A stretch of DNA of 64,000 nucleotides from Eledone cirrhosa (GCA_964016885.1 OZ024742.1:310186001-310250000), one strand, 5' to 3'. Shown: positions 1 to 15,422, numbered from the stretch's first letter. The notes: generated by a model not told the origin, from the sequence alone. Program-made: numbers and translations.

Positions 1-102
1 TTTACATAGAGAGGTTGAAAACCGTTGGAAGATGATGTATAAATTAAAAGAATTTGAAAATTAACGAAGAGAAAAATAATGTAAAGTTAAGGTTTGTATA
101 TT

Positions 103-445
103 GAAGGGTTTAATAATATTTGCGATGAAAATACAATGTTAATATGTATTAAGAATAATATTTAAGGGTTTAATAATATGTGCGATGGAAAGAAAAAGTT
201 AATATGTATTAAGAATAATATTTAAGGGTTTAATAATATGTGCGATGGAAAGAAAAAGTTAATATGTATTAAGAATAATATTTAAGGGTTTAATAATATG
301 TGTGATGGAAAGAAAAAGTTAATATGTATTAAGAATAATATTTAAGGGTTTAATAATATGTGCGATGGAAAGAAAAAGTTAATATGTATTAAGAATAATA
401 TTTAAGGGTTTAATAATATGTGTGATGGAAATACAATGTTGATAT
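103..445. repeat. 60-bp minisatellite, about 5.5 copies
   Basis: Lines 181-420 repeat nearly verbatim with 60-nt period (TGCGATGGAAAGAAAAAGTTAATATGTATTAAG...). Confidence 0.95.
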
Positions 446-546
446 GTATTATTAAAGTAAGGATATATTATCCGATATCTGCATTGCTTTATTGTACTAC
501 AATAAAACTCACCTCCTACATTATATATATATATTTTTTGATACCC

Positions 547-597
547 AGATTCCTGATGATTTCTAAAGAATGAAACAGTTCTAGTCCTGTAGAATCT
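547..597 (+). ncRNA. Type I hammerhead ribozyme motif (family A)
   Basis: Stem I AGATTC/GAATCT, CTGATGA 553-559, stem II TTC/GAA, GAAA 572-575, stem III ACAG/CTGT, GUA cleavage triplet. Confidence 0.8.
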
Positions 598-679
598 CAT
601 CTATATTAAAACTTTTATACTCTGCAATGTATTGAGTACCTTACTTACTGTGGTTACCTCCGATTCAACCCGGAATAAC

Positions 680-757
<78 letters not shown>

Positions 758-791
758 CGTTTCCCTGTGGTGTTATGTAATTCGTTTACTT

Positions 792-881
<90 letters not shown>

Positions 882-1179
882 CTATATATATCCACACGTA
901 TAGTTATATACAAATACACCGCCTGTCTAATGTACGTACAACATAACAAATATTGTGTATCAAACAAGTTAAAAAACAACAACAATAAAACCCCGAAAAT
1001 GTGGAATAATTTACAATTGTTATTTTACACGAGGTAGGTAAATGTATATAAGGTCATCTGGAGTTATCGCACCTTCCGTCGGACAGACAGACAGACAGAC
1101 AGACAGACAGAATGCTACAGGCAGAGTTTGGTTTGTTCGTTTTCCATTAGAGACCAGTATTCCACATCCAAATATACTT

Positions 1180-2030
1180 AGTCACACGCATACTCTCATA
1201 CACACATCCTTACAGTCATACGCATACTCTCATACACACATCCTTACAGTCACACGCATACACTCATACACACATCCTTACAGTCACACGCACACATTCA
1301 TTACACACATCCTTACAGTCACACGCATACTCTCATACACACATCCTTACAGTCATACGCATACTCTCATACACACATCCTTACAGTCACACGCATACAT
1401 TCATACACACATCCTTACAGTCACACGCATACATTCATACACACATCTTTACAGTCACACGCATACACTCATACACACATCCTTACAGTCACACGCACAC
1501 ATTCATACACACATCCTTACAGTCACACGCACACATTCATACACACATCCTTACTGTCACACGCACACATTCATATACACATCCTTACAATCACACGCAC
1601 ACATTCATTACACACATCCTTAAACACTCACACACGCACACATTCATACACACATCCTTACAGTCACACGCACACACTCATACACACATCCTTACAGTCA
1701 CACGCATACACTCATACACACATTCTTACAGTCACACGCACACATTCATTACACACATCCTTACAGTCATACGCACACATTCATACACACATCTTTACAG
1801 TCACACGCACACACTCATACACACATCCTTACAGTCACACGCATACACTCATACACACATTCTTACAGTCACACGCACACATTCATTACACACATCCTTA
1901 CAGTCATACGCACACATTCATACACACATCTTTACAGTCATACGCACACATTCATACACACATCTTTACAGTCACACGCACACACTCATACACACATCCT
2001 TACAGTCACACGCATACACTCATACACACT
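1180..2030. repeat. 34-35 bp CA-rich minisatellite, about 25 copies
   Basis: Unit CACACATCCTTACAGTCACACGCATACACTCATA repeated in tandem. Confidence 0.95.
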
Positions 2031-2364
2031 ACACACACACTTACACACACATATACACATATACACTCACATATACACACACACTCTCACACACATACAC
2101 ACTCACTCACACACACACTTACACACACACACACACACACTTACTCACACACACACATACACATACATACACATATACACTCACATACACACACACTCAC
2201 ACACACTCACACAAACTCTCACACACACAAACACACACAAACACATACTCACACACACATACATACAAACACACACATACACACACAGACATACTTGCTT
2301 ATACACACGCAAACACACAAACATACTGGCTTATACACACACAAACACTCACACCCACACACAA

Positions 2365-2413
<49 letters not shown>

Positions 2414-2493
2414 TACATGCATATACACACACACACATACACACAGACATACACACACAGGCATACTTGCTTATTACACACACACACAAATAC

Positions 2494-2524
<31 letters not shown>

Positions 2525-2883
2525 AACACACACACGCAACACACACACATACACAGATCTACGAAAACAAATCGAAACAGTAAAAAATGTAATTAGAAAC
2601 GTCTTTCTCTCTCTCTTTCTCTGTCTCTTCCGCTATCATTTACTCACTCTCTATCTATCTCACCTTTCTCTTTCTTTCTCTCTTTCACTATCTCTCTCTC
2701 TCTCTTTCTCTTTCTCCCTTTCGCTATCTCTTTCTTCCCTCTCTCTTTCTTTTCTCTCTATTTGCCTCTTCACTCTTTCACTCTTTTCTATCTCTCTCCC
2801 TCTTCCTTCTTTCTCTTTTTTTCTCTTCCTCTTTGCTATTTCTCCTCTCTGTCTCTCGCTGCCTTTCGTTTTCTCTTTCTCTG

Positions 2884-2929
<46 letters not shown>

Positions 2930-4084
2930 CCCTCACCTAGTCTGTATGTCAGTCTCTCGCTCTCTATCAACATTAAACAAGCTTTTCTTTCTTAGTATCA
3001 CCCAACTTATGCACTTTCGCATATTTTCTTTGCTTATTCTGCTGTCTTTTTGTCATTCTTCATATTATTATTATTATTATTATTATTGTTATTATTATTT
3101 CTTCCGTTTACTTTTTCTTGTTTTGACTTAGACCCGGTGAGACACGGCAATGTATTACTAAAGGAAATTAGTTCCACACAGAAAACTCACTCAATCCGGA
3201 TATACTTACAAATTGAATTTCACCGCCTTTTCGTCACATGTTAACTGTTAGGGAAATGTCTTTTCATTTTGTTTTATTTCTTGTTTGTTTGTTTTTGATT
3301 TTTGTTTGTACTTGTTTTTCCGCTTCTTCTGAACGAAATTTCTGAATCCGTCAGTATACCAAAGTAAATAGCTTAGTGGACTTTAAGGGCACAACGTCAT
3401 CATGATGATCATCATCCTGGTTATTATCATTATCATGACCTCCCACCACCACCACCACCACCACCACCACCACCATATTATCAGCACCGCCATCACCATC
3501 ATCACCACCTTCACCATCATCATGACTAACATCACTATCATCAGAACCATTATCAGAGCCATCCCCACTATTACCCCCACCATCGACACCATCATCACTA
3601 ACTCTATGGTTGAGATCGCTATTTTCCACGAAAAGTAGTTGCTATCTTCTTGCTCAACACTCCCTCATGTCTGTAGAAAGGCTCGTTATGTGTAGTCTCT
3701 CACACCTTTTCTCGTGGGGTAACGTAGCCGATTCAGAACCAGAGAGAACCAGAGATAACTAGAGAGGGGCAGATGAATCTATCCGGTACTTAACTGGTAC
3801 ATTATTTATCGACTCAAGAAGGATGAACGACAATGTTGACAACAGCGGAATTTGAGCTCAGGGAGCAGTGAGTCGGAATTAATTTCAGTGCTATAATGAT
3901 TCTGCCATTTTGCCATTTATATGATTCTTTAGGAGAGAGAAAAATATATGAGGATAGATGAGAGTAAGACAACAAAATAAATGGAAAATTATATTATTTT
4001 TCAAGAGGAAAACATGTATAGTTAGCCATTTTTACAATGATTTAATTTTAGAATATTTGTTTTATTGCACCAAACTTTGAATAT

Positions 4085-4275
4085 AATTGTTTCTACTTTT
4101 GCCACAAGGCCAGCAATTATCCCAGTGCATTACTGGTACTTTATTTTATCGACCCCATAAGAATGAAAGACAAAGTTAACCCCGGCGGGATTTGAACTTA
4201 AACCGTAAAGGGCCGTAACTCTATGTCGCAAAACATGTTGTTCGACGCTCTACCGATACTACCAATCCACCGAAT
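4085..4275 (-). mobile_element. tRNA-derived SINE (dominant family, Meta/MESC-type core)
   Basis: Reverse strand has B box GTTCAAATCCCGCC and core TTTCATxCTTAxGGGGTCGATAAAATAAAGTACCAGT. About 20 copies in the window (e.g. 8112+, 19553+, 21775+, 21960+, 33655-, 45900-, 56740-, 61483-, 63040-). Confidence 0.85.
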
Positions 4276-4958
4276 ATAATATTTCTAAATCTCGACGCTC
4301 TACCGATACTGCTAATCTAATATTTCACCGAATATAATATTTCTAAATCAGAGTAAGCTCTCTTTTCCCTATATCTACGACGAGTTGGTTTCGGCAGTTT
4401 GGTAGCTGCAGTTGTCCTGAAACATCTTAATGTTATCTTCTACAACAATTCTAGCAATAACAAATGTTTAATCGCCTTCGTGATTTCGCGTAACTGAAGT
4501 TAGAAGTCGTAGGATAAGAAACTAAAGAGTCTTATTTTAATAGAAGAATATTAAAAAGACGTTGAAAGTCAGAGGGGTCCACCGAATGAACTAAAATAAA
4601 TGAGCAATGATTTCACGGTGTAACATTAATGAATAATATATATATATATGGTAGATGTTTACAGAGTACAACACAGATATTAGATTATTATCAGTTAGAC
4701 TTTATAACGGGTTCCTACTTTAGATAAATGTTGGAAGTTAGTGATGTATATATGTATGTATTTATTTCAAGTATAAAATATACTTTAATTCATATTTAAT
4801 TGGCTTTATGACTTCATGGTTATTTGCATATATGATGATATATATTTCTCTCTCGGTTTCATTGCATTTCTTTCTATTTCTATTTATAAATTTGTCTTTC
4901 ACACCCCCTTTTGCCCTCTGTGGATACTTACACACACACACACACGCACACACGCACG

Positions 4959-5110
<152 letters not shown>

Positions 5111-5313
5111 TATAAGATGCACGATATTTCATAATTCTTACATAGTGCAATTTGCGCTCTATGTGTGTCTGTTCATCGGACGACCGTCTTCTGCTTGGGT
5201 CGTTGACTCGAGCATATCTATACATATATAGACTTACGGATTATCAGTAACTACCCTGATGACACTGTTAAGTTTGAAAGTCTTCTAATTAACGTTCATT
5301 TGGTGCCTTAGAT

Positions 5314-5378
5314 CAGTGTCTCTTTTTTTATACCAAGGATCGGCTTCATGCCGGACAATCTTTCCGCGGACCGGTAGT

Positions 5379-5428
<50 letters not shown>

Positions 5429-5642
5429 ATTTAAGTGCATTTCGCTAAAGAGAACAATAATAAAAGGAGCAATATATTAAAGGGAAGAAAAAGTGTATAA
5501 TCTTTTGATTCTCATGTAAATCTTTATATATTAAAGTTTAATATTCAATTTATCTATTATATAATTTTAAACAGGTTAATTATTTCTTTGCAGCCCGGTA
5601 GCCAACGATCCACAGTCCGCTACCGGTGGTTGGGTTCCTCTG
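5314..5642. mobile_element. hAT/Charlie-type MITE
   Basis: CAG...GGTTGGGTTCCTCTG termini; 8-bp TSD CCTTAGAT (5306-13) / CCATAGAT (5643-50). Confidence 0.6.
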
Positions 5643-6273
5643 CCATAGATGAACGTTAAAGTAGCAGCCTAGCCGAACCTAACGGCATCATCAAGGTGCC
5701 TACAGCTGTATAAGAAATTATTGAGCCGCTCGTCATGCTTATGGTTCGACCAAGTCATCTATTTACTGCTGCGTATAAGGGGAAACTGCCATTTCCTTCC
5801 CAATAGCAGCAGATGAACTGATCCAACCATTGCTACAGTTTAATTAATAATAGAAAGAATAATTAAAAGAATAATAGAAAGTTATATTTTGTAGTAAAAT
5901 ATAGTTTTATAATGTGATACGTTAGCTCAGATAACATTACATTTGCTGTGTCAGCATTCGTATAACTTCATGCTGCTTACTTAATCTTGTCACTGGTTGC
6001 TCCGGTGGTTCGTTAGTTATATCAATTAGTTTGATAAGTGAATAATTAATATTTCATATCTACGATGAAATATTCTCTGTTTATCCATACGTCACCGTTT
6101 AGGATGTTTGCTTCGTTAGAGCCAACCAGAATGTTTCATCATTTCCTAAATGAAAGAAAGCAAACAGATGGCGAAGAACTTGCGTTTCCAGCATTTTAGC
6201 CGATCAGTAAGGAATCTCAGCGAATGAATATATTAAACAAGTTCAGATTTAGACTTGGTACATTCTCCGCCTA

Positions 6274-6385
<112 letters not shown>

Positions 6386-6553
6386 CTTTGTGTCGACGGT
6401 TGCGAGAATGAGACCCTAGTACCATAGCATAGGAATATTTTCTTAAAACCAAGTTAGAATCCTGTTAATCTGTAGTTACGCCTGTCTCTGAGGCTTCTGT
6501 GAAAATACAGTCGAAAATTTTGATTAACAGATCGTTAATGTGGTCTTAATAAA

Positions 6554-6614
<61 letters not shown>

Positions 6615-6617
<3 letters not shown>

Positions 6618-7520
6618 AAAAAATGAAACGAACTTTCATTTCTCACTCTTAGTACGGCTGTTACTTAAATATAAGTATGTATACGTACATACATATATGT
6701 ATACAGAGGTACAGTAGTATGTATATATATACATACATGCACACATATATATATATATGTACGTATGGATTTACCGAACATTTATTATAATGCTCGGTTT
6801 GTTTGTAAACAAACATCCCGAATTAAGCCGTACAGTGTTCAATCATAAGACGTTCACTCATCTGGCAGGAAGGTATACGGTGCTGACGATAGCTAATAAG
6901 CTGGAAACTACTACATCGTTCCTTTGTCAGTGTTGAACAAAAGGGCAATGATGGTTGCTAAACACTGTACGGCTTAATTCGGGATGTTTGTTTACAAACA
7001 AACCGAGCATTATAATAAATGTTCGGTAAATCCATACGTACATATATGTGTGCATGTATGTATATATATATACATACTACTGTACGTCTGTATACATATA
7101 TGTATGTATGTATACATACTTATATTTAAGTAACAGCCGTACTAAGAGTGAGAAATGAAATTTCGTTTCATTTTTTCCATTTATCGTTTTAGGTGCGCCC
7201 GGCCGATTAACTCACTCGATATGCAAATTAGGATGCTCAGCCGTTAATATGCATAAGGAAAGTATATACTTTCAGACGTTCAATCATCTGGCAGGAAGAT
7301 ATACGGTGCTGGCGATAGCTAATAAGCTTGAAACTAATACATCATTCCTTTGTCAGTGTTGAATAAAAGGGCAAAGATGGAGGCTAAACATTGTACGGCT
7401 TAATTCCGGATGTTTGTTTACAAACAAACCGAGCATTATAATAAATGTTCGGTAAATCCATACGTACATATATATATGTGTGCATGTATGTATATATATA
7501 TATACATACTACTGTACGTT
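6615..7520 (+). mobile_element. Penelope-like pLTR or retrozyme-like unit (426-bp period) with about 225-bp 5' inverted duplication and degenerate hammerhead
   Basis: 6615-6839 is the reverse complement of 6961-7180; direct repeat starts at 6848 and 7274; CTGACGA-TAGCT/AGCTG-GAAA at 6883-6907; related copies at 27600-27870 and 31195-31375. Confidence 0.7.
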
Positions 7521-9080
7521 TTGAGGAGTGAGAGAAGCTTGTTGGAGAGAAGCATGTTGGCTGAGTTCTGATCCTCTCTCAATATTTCAATCAACCAGTC
7601 TCAGAATTTCATCTACCCTCTTCAGATATCGACATTTCTCGCTGACAGCTCTCAATTCTTGTTTGAGGGTGATCAACCTATATTGAAGAGTTCTGGTTGT
7701 ACTGTCACTAAACATCATTTCTATTTTATTTTTCACTATTTGTTGGTGAGGGTGAATTTTTTTTGTTTTTGTAGGTCAGCAATCGTTTTTTCTATTTTAG
7801 TTTTATATGATGGTATTTTTGGTGCTGTTTCGTTCTTGTTAATATCTTGTTAATATCTCTGCTATCACTAAGATAATTCTTCACTGTCGTTGCTAGGGCA
7901 TATAAGCAGGCGTTGATTTGCCAAAATATGGGGGTCTTAAATCATCGTAAATATTCATCCCCTATTTCGTAAGATTTCATTATTTGGTTTTATTTTATTT
8001 AGTATTGTTGTTTTATTACGTTTAGAAAGAGAAATGTTTATACATGAATAATTTCTCTCTGGAAGATTTCGTTGAGGGAAAATTTCAATTGTTTATACTT
8101 TTATTATTATTAGGATTGGCAGTATTGGCAGAGAGTCGGACACCATGTTTTCCAGCATAGTTACGTCCTTTACGATCTGAGTTCAAATCCCGCCGAGGTT
8201 AACTTTGCCTTCATCCTTACGCGGTCGATAAAATAAAGTACCAGTAATGTACTGAGTAATTGCTGGCCTTGTGCCAAAATTAGAAACCATTATTATTATC
8301 AATAGTGTTTTCCACAACAGTCGAGGCAGACTCAGATGGTACACGTGGTGTCAAATTTCTTCCCGGCATATTTGTTTCAAGGGACTGTTTGACCTGGCTG
8401 CTAGAAAGTCTAGTAGCATGGCGATCTGTAACACGTGGTGTTGATTGCATATTTGTTCTGGGCACTTACAATTAATAATGTTTATCTTATTTTTACGTTC
8501 AACAAACGTCGCTTGTTGGCGTAATTGTTTTTACTGTGAAGTTATTTAGCTTTGGATGCATTTCGTCCCAGTATAGCTTCATTCTATTCATATAGCCAAC
8601 GGAGGGACGTTTTTTGCCATTTTATAACAAATAAATAAATCATCATTAAGTTCATAACTCCAACAGAAATGCGATTTATAATTTCGGTTTCTTCTGTAAC
8701 TACAACTAAATAGATTTTATTTACCTTTCTCATTGATTTTCTTCGGTAAATTCTTTTCGTAGCACGTGTTCGGTAAATTGTGGTTGTTGATGTTGTGTCC
8801 GGCCGTGCTGTTTCTAGCAAATCCTTGTAAAATGAATTATTCGCATATCTCTACGAATTCGAATAAAGGGTGTCTTCAGTGGATATAGTTAGAAGAATAA
8901 CTATTTATTCAACACGACTGGTAGTTGTGGCATTACTGTCGGAGATAGTATTCATCTTATATTTAATGAATAATCTCCCATACCATGTATGTATGTATGT
9001 AAGCATGTGTGTATGTGTGCATTGTCAATATTTATCTAACGTAACTGTGGCACCCTACAGTTCCTCTTCCGAAGACATTC

Positions 9081-9163
<83 letters not shown>

Positions 9164-9256
9164 CACACACACACACACACATACCACACACACATACACA
9201 CATATATATATACATATAGTATAGGTAGTACGGTGCTTCGTTTTCTCTCTCTCTCT

Positions 9257-9316
<60 letters not shown>

Positions 9317-10309
9317 GTACATTGAAATATATATAACGAACTCACTTCGATTATACATATGCTAGAACTTTAGAAGCCTCAATGCAACTAAGTAGAATAT
9401 ATATATTCTTATTTATTTATTTGACAAAAATTTACACATTCTAGGCCTATTTACAAAGAATAATCAACCGATAACACTGGTCAACAACGAAAATACTTCT
9501 GAGACGACCAGAGTAGCAATTTCCAAATAATTTTAGGTCGCTGTTAATGTCATTGTGAAAATTGTTTGTTAGATCTACGTTTCAACATACACATACGTGT
9601 CACGGCATAAGCGGCACTCGTTTGTGTATGGCAAGTTTCTTTACTTATGAAGTTCTTCATATTGAATTATATTCGAATTAGTGGAGAAACATCACATTGG
9701 TGGAACACACATGTAGATGTAATCAGTGTGTACATAACATTCTTATCACGAAAAAAAAAAAAGCATTGCTGAGAGAATCATATTTCTTATCATCTTAGAA
9801 ATCAATCTAAAAAAAGTATACGCGATTATAAGCAGATCTGATTTCATAAATATATAAGCAGCTGTAATCCGTGTGTATATAGCATTTTATTTCTGAAAAA
9901 TGATGGTGTGAAAATCAACAACACAAGAATAACTTCCTCTATGAATGAATTTGTATCAACACATTATTAGAATGCATGTGTATATATTTCAAGTATTTAT
10001 TAATCTAATCTATTATACAAGAGATATACTTCAAACACATATTATATATCATATTACAAATTTCGAGACCTCAATACAACTAAGCGGAAAGTAAATGCTT
10101 CCTTTATGACAAAAATTAACATATCCTAAAATTAATTAGGTTTCGTGGCAATCCGTAAACATATGTATATAGCTACTGATGCTTCATAAAGAGGAAACCT
10201 ATTTAGGTCCAGGATATGTTAAATTGATTATTATATATATATATATGGGGGAGAGAGAATTTTCAACACGCTTACACACACACACACAGACGCACACACA
10301 CACACACGC

Positions 10310-10345
<36 letters not shown>

Positions 10346-10369
10346 GTGTGTGTGTGTATATATATATAT

Positions 10370-10689
<320 letters not shown>

Positions 10690-10994
10690 AGCGTGAAACG
10701 TCAGGAGGCCAAATATGTTGAATTTCCTTATTTTTTTTATTTTTTTGCAAACACTATGCACATATCAGTGGCCAGGTTGTATAAGAACCCGATGACTTCA
10801 TCAGGTGTAAATTGCGTAATAGATGTTTACCAATGGAATGATGGTAAACTTTAAGGAAACAAGCAAAGAAAAAAACAGAGAGGAAAAAGTGTGCTATGTT
10901 TTTGACTCATATACATATGGAAAGAAAATGAGAAATTGATGCGACCTATATATAGAAAATAGATGCTACCATTTTGTTTCATGCCGAATTAATT

Positions 10995-12005
10995 AGTCCA
11001 TTCTGCCACAGGTGTCATGCAGCATGATCCACTCGTGCCGCTCCCCTTTAAGCTGACTGTCGATGACATTGCTCATTTAGTTCGCTCATCCTTCAGTTTC
11101 TGGTACTTGGACGACGTGACTTTGGGTGGCTCGGTTGAGTCTGTTGTTGAAGACCTTCAGACCAGTCATCCCAGCCCTAAAGCTTCTAGGACTTGAGATC
11201 AACTCATCTAAGTCCAAGGTCGTAAATGCGAGCTAGAGCGTAGCTGAATTCCAAGACGCTGTACTCAGCATCTATCCTGTCCTGACTGGGGCTCGGTTAG
11301 CATCGAAGGATGTTGTCTGCATTCTCGGCTCTCCAATCCTCTCGGAAGCAAAGCAGACCTGATAAGGATGACGGATAGATTGTATCACACTAACGCGCAC
11401 CCGGCGCGTTTCCTCCCATGGAGCTGCTTTGCCCTCCCCAAACTTCTCTTCACGCTGCGCGTTGCACCCTGTTACCCTTTCGAAGATTGCCGCCTCGTCG
11501 AATTCGATGCCACTATCCGGTGCTGTGTCTAACTCATCTGTAATATTAGCTTTGTCAGTGCAGGCTGGCAACAGGAGGAACTCCAAGGGAAATTCGGTTG
11601 TCTTTGCTTCCGATCCACTTCAGACCTGGTACTGCCGGCCAATCTCTCCTCAATTTTTCTCCAGGTGTACACTCATCCACAAGTCCTCCACAAGATGGCA
11701 GAACCTGACGTGGCATGGGAACTGCAATAAGCTCTGACCGATTGGATCGACGAAGTCCTCACCATCTCCAAGTATACAGACGTAACTGGGGAAACATCAA
11801 GTGCAGGTCTTCCTTCAGATGGATTGAGTCTTTCTTCGACCACGCTCCACCTCACAACCAGACAGCGGCGCTTGGCCCAATTCTATGCACTCCTCATCAT
11901 CCGGTGCGCTTTTTGACGATGAGTGCAGCCGCATTGGGGGAGCCCAGGGCCTCGGCCCCCGCGTATGGAAGCCACACAAATGCTGCTGTGGGGCTGTTGT
12001 TGAAC
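10995..12005 (+). pseudogene. Degraded CRE-like (RLE-type) non-LTR retrotransposon RT fragment
   Basis: Broken-frame translation SATGVMQHDPL...FWYLDDVTLGG...LGLEINSSKS...ILGSPI...FALPKLLFTLR matches QGDP/YLDD RT motifs of CRE-clade elements. Confidence 0.7.
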
Positions 12006-12055
12006 AAACAGAAGTAATGATGACAGAAGTAAGTAATGATAGCTAATAATTAAAA

Positions 12056-12541
12056 TCTAAACTATAATAAAGAAAGGAGTGCGGGAAAGCGTCAAGAATA
12101 TATTTTTTTATCCCGTTGTAAAATAAGTTGGATTACTTTGAATAAATAATGAATGAATATTACATAATTTATCTACTAAATTTCGTTATTCTTGATTAAA
12201 TATAAATAATTTTGTGGCTTATTTTAAGATTCACTTTTTTTTTATTTTCAAATGTCAACTCTTCCGGTTAGCGATCGCTTAAATAAACATTCATATATTC
12301 CGTGACTAATTTTCTCCTAATGCAGTTTATATATAATATCGTCTTTTCTTAATGTATCATGGATTACTTTACTGATTACATAAGACAATGTAACACAGTC
12401 TTTGTTCAATTTCTGTGTATATTGTCAATTACGATTGTATTTGATGTATCATATCTATATGCATATATACCTACGTATAATATCAATATGCACACTACAC
12501 ATGCTAGCAGAAAACCACCCGAAGGGTTGTTTTTCTGCTAG
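12056..12541 (+). mobile_element. Non-autonomous Helitron, copy 1
   Basis: A|TCTAAACTATAATAAAG start; subterminal hairpin ACCACCCGAAGGGTTGT; ends CTAG|T. Confidence 0.75.
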
Positions 12542-12926
12542 TATCTTTAAAAAACTATCATCATCATAATGATATTCTACATTTTTGAAAGAGTATCTGT
12601 AAAATTTCCTAAAAGACATGCATTATCCACAAATTTGTGAGGAAACAAATTCGGGTGGCTGAATAATAGGTTATTTATGGTCGCCAACATATTCAAAATA
12701 CCTGTATCAATAGTTGAAAATCATATGCAGAAATTGTCTTCTGTTTCAAAAGAATAGGACTTAACAAGAATGGATCAGATGAATTGTAGTTTCCCCAAGA
12801 CCCACTTTGGCTGTTTTATTTTTGTTCTTCCTATAAAAGGAAATGATCAAGTCGGTCTTCGTACAAGGTTCATAAGGATTTCATCAGATTCGATTCTAAT
12901 AATGTGCTTAAGTTCCTTTAGTATGA

Positions 12927-13431
12927 CTAGCAGAAAAACCACCCTTCGGATAGTTTTCTGCTAGCATGTGTAGTGTGTATATTGATATTATACGCAAGTA
13001 TATATACATGTAGATATGATACATCAAATAAAATCGTAATTGACAATATATAGTACATAGAAATTGAGCGAAGACTACGTTACACTGTCTTATTTAATCA
13101 GTAACGTAATCCATGATACATTAATAAAAGACGATATCTAATATATATTTGTGAAATGGGCGGTGGTTGAAATTCAGATGTGCACGGTTAAATGGTAGTA
13201 GACGTGGTCGGACTGACATGAAAATTTACACACCTATGTAAAAAGGGCCAAGGAAGCAAACAGACGAGGTTTCAAATATCTAACTTGAAAAATGTGGTCC
13301 CTGGGGCCCCCAAACCATCGCGTTCGGTGAGTTATTTCCCCCTGTTCTAATACTTTTGTCTTATTTACAATTTCATACAAATAAAGCAGTAAATAAAGGA
13401 TTATGAGTTCTTGCAATTGACTTATGTTTCG

Positions 13432-13503
<72 letters not shown>

Positions 13504-13943
13504 GAAAACGCTTTAATAAAAAAAAATATCAACTGTAATGTATGTATGCATGTTTATATGAGCGGGGATATGCAAGTAAACCTTACTTTGTGGACAGCTT
13601 ATCCTTAGCATAATATTCATGCTAGAACAGCATATATTTGAAAGTTTTCAGGGAGTTGAAATACTGATTTTGGATCGGCAGCTTTAGCTTTGAAAAAATG
13701 AAATGTGCAGTGTAAATATTTTTTATTATTCCTCCGGGGATGAATCGTCTCCGCATTTTTCCATCTCTTTCTTTCTCTCTGGAAGAAATCAGCCGTAGTA
13801 AGACCTAAAAAAATGGTTAGATACACCATGACGCACAGTGCATCACGGTGGAGTTGAAAAGCAGACTCAGAACATGGCGTTGTGTGGGGGTAGCTCGCAA
13901 TCCAATGTTCCAGAGGGAGCAAAAGAAGAAGAAGAAGAAGAAG

Positions 13944-13974
<31 letters not shown>

Positions 13975-15422
13975 GAGCTGGCGTCCTATCAAATATGTAG
14001 GTTGTGTCTTAAATTGAAGGTTTAGTAGAAACAATTCATATATAGTTTTATACTTTTCTTTTTGTCATTCATATATAAACAAATCTACTATATAAATTCG
14101 AAGTCGTCGGACGTTGTATATGTAGGTGTAGTCGGATAAACATCGAAACGGCTTGGTGGAATGCAGCGAAAATTTACACCGTTATGCATAATGACTCGAG
14201 GAGGCGTTGGGTCGACTTTCAAGCTACGATCTTCCATGGTTACGGAGAAAATCGATAAAACAGGAATTTCACATTCAAATTCAACTGAGAGTAATCTGTG
14301 AACGCAGAAGTAATTATTTCGAGAAACGTTGCAACCGAACGAAAACAGGAAGACGATATTTTGGTTCGTGAAGACGTTCCCTGGCAATGAACGGGAAAAA
14401 AGCGAGGATAATACGTCGTTATGTGGAGCGTAAGGACAATTTCATGCAAAGACAAAACCAAATTTATGGTATAAATGGAGTCGTTAGACTAATATTCTAT
14501 TTAAAATAACAGAATGATTTCCAGCCCCGGAGTTTAAGAATGATGTAAATAAAATTGAAAACGAAAATGACAGAGGTTATTAAAATAGTAAAAGTGAATA
14601 GTGAAGATTTAGGCCAGTACATACGTATGCCCTGACGGACATACACATACATACGCACACACAAATACATACCCCCCCCATACACACACATACGCACACA
14701 CACGAACGCACGCGCGTATGTATAAACCTTATGCATTTCTACAGTATTTTCACCAAACTTAAGACATAGGTTACTTATGTACTCCGGATGGTCATGGGCA
14801 CTGTAATTTTTCCAGATATTGATTATAGGACCCCCCAGCAGATAACCCCTTTAACCACTTTAACCACTTCCTTGGAGTCGACTGAAGCACTGCAGTGCAA
14901 TGCAACAAAACGTCATAACTTCTGGAGTTAGCAACCGATTTTCACAAAACTTGACACATGGGCTACGTTTGTCCTACAGATGAATGTGACTCTCAGAATT
15001 GGCACATATTGGGTAGGGGACCCCTGGGGGCAGGAACCCTCTTTTGGAAAAAGCCGATGATTTTGTAAAAGTATAGTTTTCGAAGCAGCACTGAAGTATT
15101 GACATAAATGATATACACAATTGCTATTTAATATCCGAGCAACGCCGGGTACCTCTGCTAGTTATATATAAACTGCATTAGGAGAAAATTAGTATGTTTA
15201 TTTAAGCCATCTCCAACCGGAAGTGTTGACATTTCAGAAATTTTAAAGAAGTGAATCTTTAAATAAACAAAATATATTTAATCAATAGCCACGAAATTTA
15301 GTAGATAAATTATGTAATATTCATTCATTATTTATTCAAAGTAATCCAACTTATTTTACTAATGGGATAACAAGTTATAAACCGTACGCAGTCCCGCGCT
15401 TCTCCCTTTATTATAATTTAGA
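12927..15422 (-). mobile_element. Non-autonomous Helitron, copy 2 (inverted relative to copy 1, interrupted by another Helitron)
   Basis: 12927-13136 plus 15162-15422 is the reverse complement of 12056-12541; A|TC and CTAG|T ends on the minus strand. Confidence 0.75.
13137..15161 (+). mobile_element. Non-autonomous Helitron (2025 bp) nested in copy 2
   Basis: Inserted between A13136 and T15162 with no TSD (empty site visible in copy 1); 5' TC; 3' CCGAGCAACGCCGGG hairpin then CTAG. Confidence 0.88.

Noticed and set aside
103-445. Regular 60-bp repeat as a possible CRISPR array
   Set aside because: No unique spacers and no cas genes; eukaryotic minisatellite.
3351-3638. His/Asp/Trp-rich ORFs
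   Set aside because: (CAC/CAT)n microsatellite.
5255-5300. CTGATGA...GAAA possible hammerhead
   Set aside because: No convincing stem I or stem III.
7540-7900. Possible R4/Dong-like LINE remnant on the minus strand (LKQELRAVSEKCRYLKR)
   Set aside because: Single weak motif amid stops; cannot be assigned.
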